A DNA stretch of 64,000 bases, from contig CAVRAY010000001.1 of NCBI GenBank assembly GCA_963719225.1, positions 1,600,001 to 1,664,000 of the forward strand, read 5' to 3'. Numbering within the stretch: the stretch's first letter is position 1; each line of letters begins with the position of its first letter. This document shows positions 43,509 to 53,908 of this stretch, in pieces. Source of the DNA: Thermoanaerobaculia bacterium (GTDB lineage Bacteria; Acidobacteriota; Thermoanaerobaculia; UBA5066). The position numbers and the translations under genes were made by a program. The notes below the pieces were generated by a model, which saw only the letters and a program-made list of their open reading frames with translations, did no database searches and was not told where the DNA came from.

Positions 43509-43958
43509 GTGACCACCCCGAACCTTCAACGCCAGTACGACATGGTCTTTCTCGTCGTTCCCGAGAAGGATGAGGCGGGAGCCGTCGCCGTCGTCGACGA
43601 GTTTCGAAAGCTCCTCGTCGACAACGGCGCCACGATCGAGAAGGACGAATCGATGGGGCGCCGCCGCCTCGCCTACACGGTCAAGAAGAGGACCGAGGCG
43701 ACGTACCACAACTTCCTGTTCCGGGCCCCGACGGCGTGCGTCGCCGAGGTGCAGCGCAAGATGAGGCTCTCGGAAAACATCCTCCGGTTCCTCTCCGTGC
43801 GGATCGACGAGGAGGTCAAGCACGGGCTGAAGGTGGCGCGCAACACGAAGCCGCGCCGTCCGCGTCCCGACTCGTCCGAAGCCCCATACGCCGGTCCGTC
43901 CCCTGCTTCCCCCAACCTGCCCCCGGCCGAGCCGGCCGGCGATTCCCGTCCCGAGTGA
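43509..43958 (+). CDS. rpsF: 30S ribosomal protein S6
   Basis: MGRRRLAY, ILRFLSVR; SD AGAAGGAGG before GTG 43509. Confidence 0.92.
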   Translation: MTTPNLQRQYDMVFLVVPEKDEAGAVAVVDEFRKLLVDNGATIEKDESMGRRRLAYTVKKRTEATYHNFLFRAPTACVAEVQRKMRLSENILRFLSVRIDEEVKHGLKVARNTKPRRPRPDSSEAPYAGPSPASPNLPPAEPAGDSRPE

Positions 43959-43982
43959 CCGGGAAGGATCAGGAGAAACACA

Positions 43983-44234
43983 ATGGCCGCCCCCGTTCGC
44001 AAGCCCGTCAAGAAGAAATTCTTCGTTCGCCGCAAGCGCGTCTGCAAATTCACGGTCGAGAAAATCGGATACATCGACTTCAAGGACGTGAAGCTCCTCG
44101 CGGGATTCGTCCCCGAGCGGGCGAAAATCCTCCCGCGCCGGATCAGCGGGACGTCGGCGTTCTACCAGCGCAAGCTGGCGACCGCCATCAAACGGGCGCG
44201 CTACCTCGCGCTTCTGCCTTACGTCTCCGATTAA
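43983..44234 (+). CDS. rpsR: 30S ribosomal protein S18
   Basis: [31 protein letters not shown]. Confidence 0.97.
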   Translation: MAAPVRKPVKKKFFVRRKRVCKFTVEKIGYIDFKDVKLLAGFVPERAKILPRRISGTSAFYQRKLATAIKRARYLALLPYVSD

Positions 44235-45207
44235 GCGGGCCCTCGCCGTTCTCGGGGCGGCGCTCGCGGCGGCTTTGACCGCGGCGGCTCCGCCCTTCGG
44301 CCTCGTTCTGGCGCCGCATGCGGCCGCGCGCCTGGGCCGCGCGGCGCTCGAGTCCCAGCGCCTGGCGACCGGCTTCCTTCTGCCGGCCCTCGCGGTTCCG
44401 ATCGCCCTCCTTCTCGGAGCCCTGCTCGTCCCGGAAGGCGCGATCGTCGCCTCGGTTCTCGCGATCGCGCTCGTCGCCCTTCCCGCGATCGCCCTCTTCG
44501 CGGCGGCGCGGGACGGCCGTCGCCGGGACGACGTCCTGCTCGTCGTCTTCGCGCTCACGGGGATCGGCGGCCTCGCGGCTCTCCTCGGCGTGTCCGTTGC
44601 CACGGGGCGGGACGCGGGGACGCTCCTCGCGGACCGCTGGGCCGCGCTCGTTCCGGAAATGCTCGCCAACTACCGATCCAGCGGCTGGAGCGAAACCTCG
44701 GTCGCGACGGTGGCGCGGATCTTCGAGTTCGGCCGGGTCCTGATCGAGGAGCAGCTCGCCGGTCTCGTTCTCGCGGCCGCCGTTCTTCATGCGGCCCTCG
44801 TCGTCTATGGGTTCGCGCGCGGCGCCGGCCTGGCCGAGGCGGACTGGTCCGAAGCGTCCTTCAGCCGTTTCCGCACACCGCTCGCGGCGGCCGCCGCGTT
44901 CGTTCCTGCCGGTCTTCTCGCGGCCGTGGGCGGCGCGGAGCTGCGCCGGCCCGCCGTCGATCTCCTGCTGCCGCTCGGCGTCTTGTTTTTTCTGAGAGGT
45001 CTCGCCATAATCCGCGCTCTTCTCGACCGCGGAAGAGCCGGCCTCGTCGGCCGGGTGCTCGTCTACGTGCTGGTCTTTCAGATGCCGTTTCCCCTTCTTC
45101 TCGCGCTTTCGGGCCTCTTCGACGAATTCGTCGACGTGAGGACGCGGCTCGAAAAGAGAGGAACCGGCGGCGAGTCCGCGGGTCCGCCCGGACCCGACGG
45201 ATTCTGA
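44230..45207 (+). CDS. YybS/DUF2232-like membrane protein (start uncertain: ATT 44230 or TTG 44275)
   Basis: Multi-TM, C-terminal [12 protein letters not shown]; position between rpsR and rplI. Confidence 0.72.
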   Translation: MKRALAVLGAALAAALTAAAPPFGLVLAPHAAARLGRAALESQRLATGFLLPALAVPIALLLGALLVPEGAIVASVLAIALVALPAIALFAAARDGRRRDDVLLVVFALTGIGGLAALLGVSVATGRDAGTLLADRWAALVPEMLANYRSSGWSETSVATVARIFEFGRVLIEEQLAGLVLAAAVLHAALVVYGFARGAGLAEADWSEASFSRFRTPLAAAAAFVPAGLLAAVGGAELRRPAVDLLLPLGVLFFLRGLAIIRALLDRGRAGLVGRVLVYVLVFQMPFPLLLALSGLFDEFVDVRTRLEKRGTGGESAGPPGPDGF

Positions 45208-45243
45208 CCGGCGGAAATTCCCAGAAAAGCTGAGGAGCTCACG

Positions 45244-45693
45244 ATGAAAGTGGTCCTGACCGACGACGTGAAGGGGCTCGGGCACCGGGGCGACGTGGTG
45301 AACGTCGCCGAGGGCTACGGCCGGAACTTCCTCCTGCCGAAGGCTCTCGCGTATCCCGCCACCGACGGAAACCTGAAGAGGCTGGAGCAGGAAAAGAAAC
45401 GCTACGACGCCCGCATCGAGCACGAGAAGGACCAGGCCGCCGCCGTGGCGAAATCCATCGAGGGCGCGAAGATCGTCCTGCACAAGAAGGCTGGCGACAA
45501 CAACGCGCTCTATGGCTCGGTGACGCCGTCCGAAGTGGCCGACGCCCTCGAAGCCAAGGGCATCACGGTCGACAAGAGGAAGATCGACCTGGAGGAGCCC
45601 ATCAAGCGCCTCGGCATCCACACGGTTCACGTGAAGCTCCATCGCGACGTAACGGTGGGCGTCACGGTCGAAGTCCTTCCGCTCGTCGTCTGA
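45244..45693 (+). CDS. rplI: 50S ribosomal protein L9
   Basis: LGHRGDVVNVAEGYGRNFLLP, LYGSVT. Confidence 0.97.
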   Translation: MKVVLTDDVKGLGHRGDVVNVAEGYGRNFLLPKALAYPATDGNLKRLEQEKKRYDARIEHEKDQAAAVAKSIEGAKIVLHKKAGDNNALYGSVTPSEVADALEAKGITVDKRKIDLEEPIKRLGIHTVHVKLHRDVTVGVTVEVLPLVV

Positions 45694-45789
45694 CACGGAA
45701 ACCGCCCGGAAAGAATCCTGGAGCCCGCGGCACCTTCGACTCCGTGTCCGCCGGGCTGACGACGTCCCGTACAATCGCGACACGTTCTC

Positions 45790-48390
45790 ATGACGCTCGC
45801 GCCAGGCACACGCCTCGGTCCTTATGAGGTTCTCGCCTCGCTCGGCGCGGGAGGAATGGGCGAGGTCTACCGGGCGAAAGACCCGAAACTCGCGAGAGAG
45901 GTCGCGGTAAAGGTTCTGCCTGGGGATTTCTTAGAAGGGGAAGAGAGACGGGAGCGATTCGAGCGGGAGGCGCGCGCGCTCGCGAGACTCAATCACCCTG
46001 GCATCGCCTCCGTATATTCATTCGAGGAAATCCCCGGTTCTTCCTCTTCCTCAACTTCTTCCTCTTCGTCTTCCTTGTCCCGCCACATCCTCGTCATGGA
46101 GCTGCTCGAGGGCGAGACGCTGCGCGCGCGCCTCGCGGGCGGGCCGCTGTCGGTCCGCAAGGCGGTGGACTTCGCGGTCCAGGTCGCACGGGGCCTCGCT
46201 GCGGCGCACGAGAAGGGCGTCGTCCACCGCGACCTCAAGCCGGAAAACCTCTTCGTGACGAGGGACGGCCGGGTCAAGATCCTCGACTTCGGTCTCGCGA
46301 AGTCCGTCGAAGCCGGCGCCGGGAGCGGCGGGACGAACCTCCCGACGATGTCGAAGGGCACGGAGCCGGGCGCGGTTCTCGGGACGCTCGGCTACATGTC
46401 GCCGGAGCAGCTCCGGGGCCTCCCCGCGGACCACCGGACCGACCTCTTCAGCTTCGGTGCGGTGCTCTACGAGATGCTTTCCGGGCGGAAAGCGTTCCGG
46501 GGCGACACGGCGGCCGACACCGTCTCGGCGATCCTGCGCGAAGAGCCGCCCGATCTCTCCGCGACGAACCGGACGATCCCGCCTGCGCTCGAGCGGATCG
46601 TGCGCCACTGCCTCGAGAAGAGTCCGGATGAAAGAGCCCATTCCGCGCACGACCTCGCGTTCGACCTCGAGTCCCTCTCGACGGCGTCTTCCGGGTCCAT
46701 CGCGCCGTCTCGAGCGGTCGCCTTCCGAAAACCCTCCCGGCAAGCTCTCATCCTCGCTTCCGTATGCGCCGCGGCCGGCTTGCTCGGCGGGCACGTCGTC
46801 TGGAGGACGCCCGTGCCGGCGCCGCCGACGTTCCACCGGCTCACGTTTCGGCGCGGGAACGTCCTCGGGGCGCGTTTCGCGCCCGACGGCCGGACGGTCG
46901 TGTACGGCGCGGCGTGGGGAGGCGCACCCTCGGAGATCTTCACGGTGCGCACGGAGGGTCCTGAGTCGCGGCCGCTGGGGTTCTCGTCCGCGACCGTGTT
47001 GTCCGTGTCTTCCGGCGGCGAGCTCGCGATCCTCACACGAGAGGGCATGACGGACCCGGGCGCCTGGGGAACGCTTGCGCGAGTGCCGCTTTCGGGCGGG
47101 GCTCCGCGGCCGCTTCTCGAGGAGGTCAACGACGCCGACTGGACGCCCGACGGCAAGGAACTGGCGGTCGTACGCGTCCGCACGGAAGGCGGTCGACGCA
47201 TCGAGCTTCCACCCGGGAAGACTCTCTACGAGACGTCGCGCAGGCTCGGGTCCCTGCGTGTCTCGCCGGACGGCTCGAAGGTCGCCTTCGTCGAGTACGG
47301 AGACGGGGACGCTTCGCTGCGCGTGGTCGACCGCGCGGGGAAAGCGCGCACGATCGCGGGACCGATGGCATCTTTCTCCGGCCGCTTTGCCTGGAACCCG
47401 TCGGGCCGCGAAGTCTGGTATTTCGGCGGGAGTGGCCGGAAGGACGCGGCGCTCCGCGCCGTGGATCTCTCGGGTCGGGTACGGACGCTCTATCGCTCGA
47501 CGGGCTTTCTCTTCGTGCACGATGTTTTCCCGGACGGGCGCGTGCTCCTCGAGCACGCCGCAAGCGTGCGCGGGCTCATGTTCGCGCGCACCGGCGACCG
47601 GCAGGAGACGGAGCTATCCTGGTTCGACAGCTCGCGGATCGTGGCGGTGGCTGCGAGGGGGCGCGCGGTCCTGTTCAACGAGGGCGGCGAGGCGCTGGGC
47701 GGCCGGCTGCAGGCCTTCTTCCGGAAGACGGACGGCTCGTCCGCCGTACGTCTCGCCGACGGCGAAGGGCTTGCTCTCTCCCCGGACGCGACGCGCGTCA
47801 TCATGCGCACCGGAGACGGCCTGACGATTGCCCCGGTGGGCGCCGGTGCGCCGGTTCCCGTTGGGCTCGGCCCGATCGCAGGCGTGACGTCCGCTTCGTT
47901 CTTCTCCGACGGAAGGCGGCTCCTTCTCCATGGAGCCGAGAAGGGAAAGCGTCCGCGGTTCTGGATCGTCGAACCCGGAGGCATCCCTCGTCCGATCTCG
48001 CCCGAAGGCACGCTCGGGGACGCCGGGCTCATGTCGCCTGACGAACGGAGGGTGATCGGCTGGGCGGCCGACACGTCGATCCTCTCGATCGTCTCGACCG
48101 AGGGAGCTGCGGCACGCACCCTCGCCGGAACGCAGTACGACGAACCCCTCGGCTGGACGGCCGACGGCCGGTCGATCTACATCCGCCCGAGCCCCGGACA
48201 GCTGGGGATGATCGGCACGCTCGACGTGGACACGCTTGCACGCAAGCCCTGGAAATCGTTCGCACCGCCGGATCCCTCGAGCGTCTCGTCCTTCCCGGGA
48301 GTCGCGTTCGCTCCGGATGGATCCGCGTATGCCTACACGTACCAGCGCGTGCTGACGTCCGACCTCTACGTGGTCGAAGGGCTGAAGTGA
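45790..48390 (+). CDS. Ser/Thr protein kinase with TM helix and TolB-like beta-propeller
   Basis: [23 protein letters not shown], repeated (F/W)(A/S/T)PDG blades. Confidence 0.93.
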   Translation: MTLAPGTRLGPYEVLASLGAGGMGEVYRAKDPKLAREVAVKVLPGDFLEGEERRERFEREARALARLNHPGIASVYSFEEIPGSSSSSTSSSSSSLSRHILVMELLEGETLRARLAGGPLSVRKAVDFAVQVARGLAAAHEKGVVHRDLKPENLFVTRDGRVKILDFGLAKSVEAGAGSGGTNLPTMSKGTEPGAVLGTLGYMSPEQLRGLPADHRTDLFSFGAVLYEMLSGRKAFRGDTAADTVSAILREEPPDLSATNRTIPPALERIVRHCLEKSPDERAHSAHDLAFDLESLSTASSGSIAPSRAVAFRKPSRQALILASVCAAAGLLGGHVVWRTPVPAPPTFHRLTFRRGNVLGARFAPDGRTVVYGAAWGGAPSEIFTVRTEGPESRPLGFSSATVLSVSSGGELAILTREGMTDPGAWGTLARVPLSGGAPRPLLEEVNDADWTPDGKELAVVRVRTEGGRRIELPPGKTLYETSRRLGSLRVSPDGSKVAFVEYGDGDASLRVVDRAGKARTIAGPMASFSGRFAWNPSGREVWYFGGSGRKDAALRAVDLSGRVRTLYRSTGFLFVHDVFPDGRVLLEHAASVRGLMFARTGDRQETELSWFDSSRIVAVAARGRAVLFNEGGEALGGRLQAFFRKTDGSSAVRLADGEGLALSPDATRVIMRTGDGLTIAPVGAGAPVPVGLGPIAGVTSASFFSDGRRLLLHGAEKGKRPRFWIVEPGGIPRPISPEGTLGDAGLMSPDERRVIGWAADTSILSIVSTEGAAARTLAGTQYDEPLGWTADGRSIYIRPSPGQLGMIGTLDVDTLARKPWKSFAPPDPSSVSSFPGVAFAPDGSAYAYTYQRVLTSDLYVVEGLK

Positions 48391-48393
48391 CCG

Positions 48394-50793
48394 TCAGCCC
48401 GGCGGACCGGGGCCGGGCTTTGGCGGAGGTGCGGCGAGCTTCGGGGCGTCCGTCACGGTGACTTCGTCGCTCTTCGTCTCCCCGCGTTTCGGCGAGTAGA
48501 TCGCCCGCTGGAGGTATTCGGGAAGCCTCGCGACCGCGTGCGGCTGGTCGCCGCACATCTCCGTGGGCTGCGTGCCGCTCACGAACGCCATGAGCACGAC
48601 CTTCGCGCAGGAGGGTGCCGCGCGGTAACCGGTGGCCTCGTCGACGGCCACGAGAACGACGCCCTGCGGCGTCTCGAAATCCTCGGCCTGGGTCACGAGG
48701 CCTGCATCGCGCATCTTCTCGACGATCTTGACGAAGATCGGAAGAGCCACGTCGGCGCCCGCGGACCTCGGCCCGAGCGTTTTCTTCGTGTCATGCCCGA
48801 CCCACACGGCGATCGTGTGGCGCGGCGTCATGCCGATGAACCAGGCGTCCGTGAAGTCGTTCGTCGTGCCCGTCTTTCCGGCGAGAGGGAGCTTGAGCCG
48901 GGCCGCGGAGCCCGCGGTGCCGCGCGCCACGACACCCCGCATCATGTTCAGCAGGACGTAGGCGGCGGCGGGCGATGTGGCCTCCTTCGGCTCGGGCGTG
49001 TTCTGCTCGAGCAGGATTCCGTCCGCGTTGCGGATCCGCTCGACGAGGTAGGGCTTGTACGCCACGCCGCCGCTCGCGATGGCGGAGTAGGCGGCGGCCA
49101 TCTCGATCGGAGTCACCTCGAAAGAGCCGAGAGCGAGAGAGGGATAAGCGAGGAGGTTCTGCCGGACCCCGAGCCTGCGCGCCGCCTCGATGACCTTTTT
49201 CGTGCCCACGAGCAGATCCACGCGCACCGTCGCGACGTTCAGGGAATGCTCGAGCGCGTATTGGTACGTCACGATGCCGTTGTATTTGCGCTCGTAGTTC
49301 TGCGGCTGCCAGGGCGGCTCTCTGGGGTCCATGACGATCGAGAGCGGCGCGTCGAGGACCGTGTCCGCGGGAGTGAATCCCTGCTCGATGGCCGCCAGGT
49401 ACACGGCGGGCTTGAACGCGGAGCCGACCTGACGAAGCGCCTGGACGGCCCGGTCGAATTTCGAGCGGTTGAAATCGTATCCCCCGGTGAGCGCCCGGAC
49501 CGCGCCGGTGCCGTTCTCCAGGATGACGACCGCTCCTTCGACGTGGGGATCCTGCGCGACGAGCGTCTCCTCCTTGCCCGTGTCGTTCACGAACGTCTCG
49601 ATCTGGATCAGGTCTCCCCGCTGGACGGCTTTCGCGGGACTTTCGGCGCGCGTCCACCGGAACGCCGCCGCAGGGACGGTGAAGCGCTTCGTGTCGACCC
49701 GCACCTCGACCCCCGCTTTCGAGGCCGACAGGACGACGCCCGTGAGCGTGTCGGAGGGAGGAACCCCGTCGAACCAGGACGGGTCTCGGTACTTCTCCGG
49801 GTCGATCCCTTCGGAGACGAGGTTGCGCGGCTTGCGGAAGCCCGCGCGGCGGTCGACGCGCCGAAGACCGCTTCGCAGAGCCTCCTCCGCCCACGTCTCG
49901 AGCCGGGGGTCGAGTGTCGTGTCGACCCGCAGTCCCTCGCGATAGAGGTCTCCCTCCCCGTACTCCTTCTCGAGATACTGGCGGACCTCCTCGCAGAAAT
50001 AGAGGCCGAGCGTCGTCTCGCGCGACGAGCGGATGACCTCCACGGGAGTCGCCTGAGCCGCCGCCCGCTGCGCGTCCGAAAGGAATCCCTCCTCGGCCAT
50101 GCGGCGAAGAACGAGGTCGCGGCGGTTTTTCGCAGCGGTCGCGTTGTTGAAGGGCGAGTAGTACGCGGGACGCTGAATGACGCCTGCCAGGAGCGCCGCC
50201 TCGGGCAAGGTCAGCGTCTTGGCGCCATGTCCGAAGTACCAACGCGATGCCGCCTCGACGCCGTAGGTCCCGTGCCCGAACGGGATCTGGTTCAGGTACA
50301 TCGTCAGGATCTGGTCCTTCGAGAACTGTTTCTCGATCTCGACCGTGAGGAAGATCTCGTTGATCTTCCGCGCCCACGTCTTCTCGGGCGTCAGGAAGAC
50401 GGCGCGGGCGAGCTGTTGCGTCAAGGTGGAGGCGCCCTGCGACATCCGGCGCGTCGCGAGGTCCCGCATCGCTGCGCCTCCGATCCGGATGAGGTCGAGG
50501 CCGCTGTGGTCGAAAAAGCGCGCGTCCTCGGCGGCGAGCAGCGCCTTGACCATCACGTCCGGAATTTCCTGCCGCTCGACGAGGGTTCGGCGCTCGATCG
50601 CGAAGCGCGCGATGACGGAGCCGTCGGCGCCGCGCAGCTCGGTGATGATGTCGGGCCGGTACGTGGCGAGCTCGGAAACCTTCGGCACGCGGATCACGCG
50701 CGACAGGGCGTATCCGGCTCCGGCGCCGAGGCCGGCCGTGAGAAGGACCGGCAGGAAAAGGACGGCCAGGGCCGCCGCGCGGCGCGCGCTCAC
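48394..50793 (-). CDS. Class A penicillin-binding protein 1A family
   Basis: AEDARFFDHSG, GASTLTQQL, SAFK, SLN, KTG. Confidence 0.94.
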   Translation of the reverse strand: MSARRAAALAVLFLPVLLTAGLGAGAGYALSRVIRVPKVSELATYRPDIITELRGADGSVIARFAIERRTLVERQEIPDVMVKALLAAEDARFFDHSGLDLIRIGGAAMRDLATRRMSQGASTLTQQLARAVFLTPEKTWARKINEIFLTVEIEKQFSKDQILTMYLNQIPFGHGTYGVEAASRWYFGHGAKTLTLPEAALLAGVIQRPAYYSPFNNATAAKNRRDLVLRRMAEEGFLSDAQRAAAQATPVEVIRSSRETTLGLYFCEEVRQYLEKEYGEGDLYREGLRVDTTLDPRLETWAEEALRSGLRRVDRRAGFRKPRNLVSEGIDPEKYRDPSWFDGVPPSDTLTGVVLSASKAGVEVRVDTKRFTVPAAAFRWTRAESPAKAVQRGDLIQIETFVNDTGKEETLVAQDPHVEGAVVILENGTGAVRALTGGYDFNRSKFDRAVQALRQVGSAFKPAVYLAAIEQGFTPADTVLDAPLSIVMDPREPPWQPQNYERKYNGIVTYQYALEHSLNVATVRVDLLVGTKKVIEAARRLGVRQNLLAYPSLALGSFEVTPIEMAAAYSAIASGGVAYKPYLVERIRNADGILLEQNTPEPKEATSPAAAYVLLNMMRGVVARGTAGSAARLKLPLAGKTGTTNDFTDAWFIGMTPRHTIAVWVGHDTKKTLGPRSAGADVALPIFVKIVEKMRDAGLVTQAEDFETPQGVVLVAVDEATGYRAAPSCAKVVLMAFVSGTQPTEMCGDQPHAVARLPEYLQRAIYSPKRGETKSDEVTVTDAPKLAAPPPKPGPGPPG

Positions 50794-50825
50794 GTCTCAT
50801 TCTCGCACGTGGTAATTTCGCGGCG

Positions 50826-51269
50826 ATGAGCGGGACTCCTCCTCCGGTTCCCTCCGCCCCCGGGACGCCTCCGCAGATTCCCATGACGCTGCCGCCCTTC
50901 GAGGACGCGGCGGCCCGCGCACGGAGGCAGGGCTGTTTGAAATGGGGGCTCGTCGGCTGCGCGGGCGCTTCGGTGGCCGTGATCGTCGGGCTCCTCTTCC
51001 TCATGAGCAACGCGAAGAAACTGATGGACTTCGCGTTCGACCAGATGGGCGACCAGATTCTCGTCGCATGCACGCCCGACGTGACGCCCTCCGAGAAGGA
51101 AAGTTTCCGGGGGGCGATGAGATCCTTCGCCGCGAAGGCGAAGGACCGGAAGGTGACGGCGCAGCAGGTCGCCGCGTTTCAGGGCCGCGTGAAAACGGCG
51201 ATCGCCGACAACCGGGTCACGAGGGAGGAGCTCCTTGCCCTCACGGTCTTCCTGAAGGACCCGCCCTGA
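50826..51269 (+). CDS. Hypothetical membrane-anchored protein
   Basis: Pro-rich N-terminus, GC..GC TM segment, genome-typical codon usage. Confidence 0.7.
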   Translation: MSGTPPPVPSAPGTPPQIPMTLPPFEDAAARARRQGCLKWGLVGCAGASVAVIVGLLFLMSNAKKLMDFAFDQMGDQILVACTPDVTPSEKESFRGAMRSFAAKAKDRKVTAQQVAAFQGRVKTAIADNRVTREELLALTVFLKDPP

Positions 51270-51290
51270 CGAAATCGCCGCGGTGAATCC

Positions 51291-53272
51291 GTGCCGGATT
51301 TCGAGTTCCTCTCCCCGCTGACCCCGCAGGGCGACCAGCCTCACGCCATCGAGCAGCTCGTCGCGGCCTATCGCGAAAGCCGCCAGAAGCAGGTTCTCCT
51401 CGGCGTCACGGGCTCCGGAAAGACGTTCACGATGGCGAAGGTCGTCGAGGCGCTGAACCGCCCCACGCTCGTCCTCTCCCACAACAAGACGCTCGCCGCC
51501 CAGCTCTACCAGGAATTCCGGAGCTTCTTTCCGAAGAACCGTGTGGAGTACTTCGTCTCCTACTACGACTATTACCAGCCCGAGGCGTACGTGCCGCAGT
51601 CGGACACGTACATCGAGAAGGAAACGCAGGTCAACGACGAGATCGACAAAATGCGCATCGCCGCGACGGCCGCGCTCTTCGAGAGGCGCGACGTGCTGAT
51701 CGTCGCCTCCGTGTCGTGCATTTACGGCCTCGGCAGCCCGGAGTCGTTCGGGAAGATGGCGATCGAGCTCCAGAAGGGCGCGCGCTACGGAATGACGTGG
51801 TATCTCAAGCAGCTCGTCGAGGCGCAGTACGAGCGGACGAGCCTCGACCTCGAGCGCGGCGGCTTCCGGGTTCGCGGCGACGTCCTCGAGATCCAGCCGT
51901 CGTACGAGGACCTCGGCCTGAGAGTCGAGTTCTTCGGCGACGAGATCGACCGCATCACGCGCTTCGAGATCGTGACCGGCAGGACGGTCGGGGAGATCGC
52001 GCGCTTCGAGCTCTTTCCGAAATCCCACTACGTGACCCCCGAAGAGATCCGGAAAGGGCGCTGGGATCGATCGAGGCTGAGCTCGTCGTGCGGCTCGAGG
52101 AACTTCACGCGCAGAACAAGCTGCTCGAGGCGCAGCGCCTCGAGCAGCGGACCCGATTCGACCTCGAGATGATGCGGGAGATCGGCTACTGCGCGGGCAT
52201 CGAGAATTACTCGCGCCACCTCTCGGGACGCCGGCCGGGGGAGCCGCCGCCCACGCTCCTGGACTATTTCCCGGCGGATTACCTCACGATCATCGACGAG
52301 AGCCACCAGACGGTGCCGCAGCTCCGCGCCATGTATCACGGCGACCAGTCCCGCAAGAAGACGCTCGTGGAGTACGGCTTCCGGCTTCCGTCCGCCCTCG
52401 ACAACCGCCCGCTGAAGTTCGAGGAGTGGCTCGAGCGCGCGGGCCAGCGGCTCTTCGTCTCCGCCACCCCTGCCGCGTACGAGCTCGCGGAGACGGGAGG
52501 AGAGGTCGTCGAGCAGCTCCTGAGGCCGACGGGCCTCCTCGACCCGCCCATCGAGGTGAAGCCCGTGAAAGGCCAGGTGGACGATCTCCTGTCGCGCGTG
52601 AAGGAGCGCACGGCGAAAGGCGAGCGAACGCTCGTCACGACGCTCACGAAGCGGATGGCCGAGGACCTGACGAACTACTACCTCGAGCTCGGCGTGCGCG
52701 TGCGGTACCTCCACAGCGACATCGAGACGCTCGAGCGCGTCCAGATCATCGGCGACTTCCGCCGCGGCGTCTTCGACGTTCTCGTGGGCGTGAACCTGCT
52801 GCGCGAGGGGCTCGACCTGCCCGAGGTTTCCCTCGTGGCCGTTCTCGACGCCGACAAGGAAGGCTTCCTGAGATCCGAGACGTCGCTCATCCAGACGGCC
52901 GGGCGCGCGGCGCGGAACGTGAACGGGATCGCCGTCTTCTACGCGGACCGCATCACGGATTCCATGCGGCGGGCAATGGACGAGACCGAGCGCCGCCGGA
53001 TACTCCAGCGCGCGTACAACGAGGAGCACGGCATCGTGCCGGAGACGATCGTCAAGTCGCTCGACTCGCCTCTCCTCCAGATGGCCGAGCTCGACTACCT
53101 CGAACCGAGCCGCCTCGACCGGCGGGTGAAGGCGAAGGACGCGCCGTCTCTCGACCGCGAGATCGCGGACCTCGAGAAGGAGATGAAGACGGCGGCGAAG
53201 GAGCTCGAGTTCGAGAAGGCCGCGCAGCTCCGCGACCGCATCCGGGAGCTCCGCGCGATGAAGCTTTTCTGA
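51291..53272 (+). CDS. uvrB: Excinuclease ABC subunit B (apparent frameshift near 52055)
   Basis: [18 protein letters not shown], then [20 protein letters not shown] and UVR domain in the second frame. Confidence 0.95.
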
Positions 53273-53343
53273 CGGCTGCCGGGGCCTTTCGGCCGCCTCT
53301 GGTCGGGACGCGGCGCCCGAATTAGACTGCGAGAGGGGTTTCG

Positions 53344-53898
53344 ATGAAGATCACACGAACGCTGGTCATCGCGGTGTCCGTTACCCTCGGCTCTTTGCCT
53401 GGACAGTCGCTCGCGCAGAAAGCCGCGGAGTCGACCGTGACCCTCGACCGGGCGGCTCAGAGCGCGGAGGCGACCAATGATCAACGGCAGGCGCTGGTGC
53501 CGGATCCCGGAAAGCGTTTCCTCTGGGTCGCGGCGACTCTGTCCGGCGCACCGAAAGACATCGACCTGACGAAGGTCACGCTCGTCGGCGGATCGGACAA
53601 GGCCTCACTGATCGGCGTCGACAGCGCATTCGGCGGCGAGCCGAAGCAGTTCTCGATGATCGCGCCGGCGCGCTCGAAGGACGGCAAGCTCCTCGAGCCG
53701 CTCGAAGAGACGAGGTCGATCGGCACCATCGGCTTCGCATTCACGCCGGGAAAGGTCGCCACGCTCAAGGTGATCGGGCCTCCGCAGTCGTTCTGTCTCC
53801 TGTTCAGCGTTTCGCACGGGTTCCGCACGGGCACGATCAGCGGGCTCGGCGCCAAGGCTCTTCCGCTGCCTGCACTCGCGGCGACCGGTCACCCTTGA
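53344..53898 (+). CDS. Hypothetical secreted protein
   Basis: Sec-type signal peptide (SLA-Q), SD-like GAGGGG. Confidence 0.7.
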   Translation: MKITRTLVIAVSVTLGSLPGQSLAQKAAESTVTLDRAAQSAEATNDQRQALVPDPGKRFLWVAATLSGAPKDIDLTKVTLVGGSDKASLIGVDSAFGGEPKQFSMIAPARSKDGKLLEPLEETRSIGTIGFAFTPGKVATLKVIGPPQSFCLLFSVSHGFRTGTISGLGAKALPLPALAATGHP

Positions 53899-53908
53899 GG
53901 AGCCCGAC

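Noticed and set aside
45928-45936. Resemblance of TTCTTAGAA to eukaryotic STAT/GAS elements
   Set aside because: Coincidental dyad similarity; the context is fully bacterial and the conserved flanks extend beyond the dyad.
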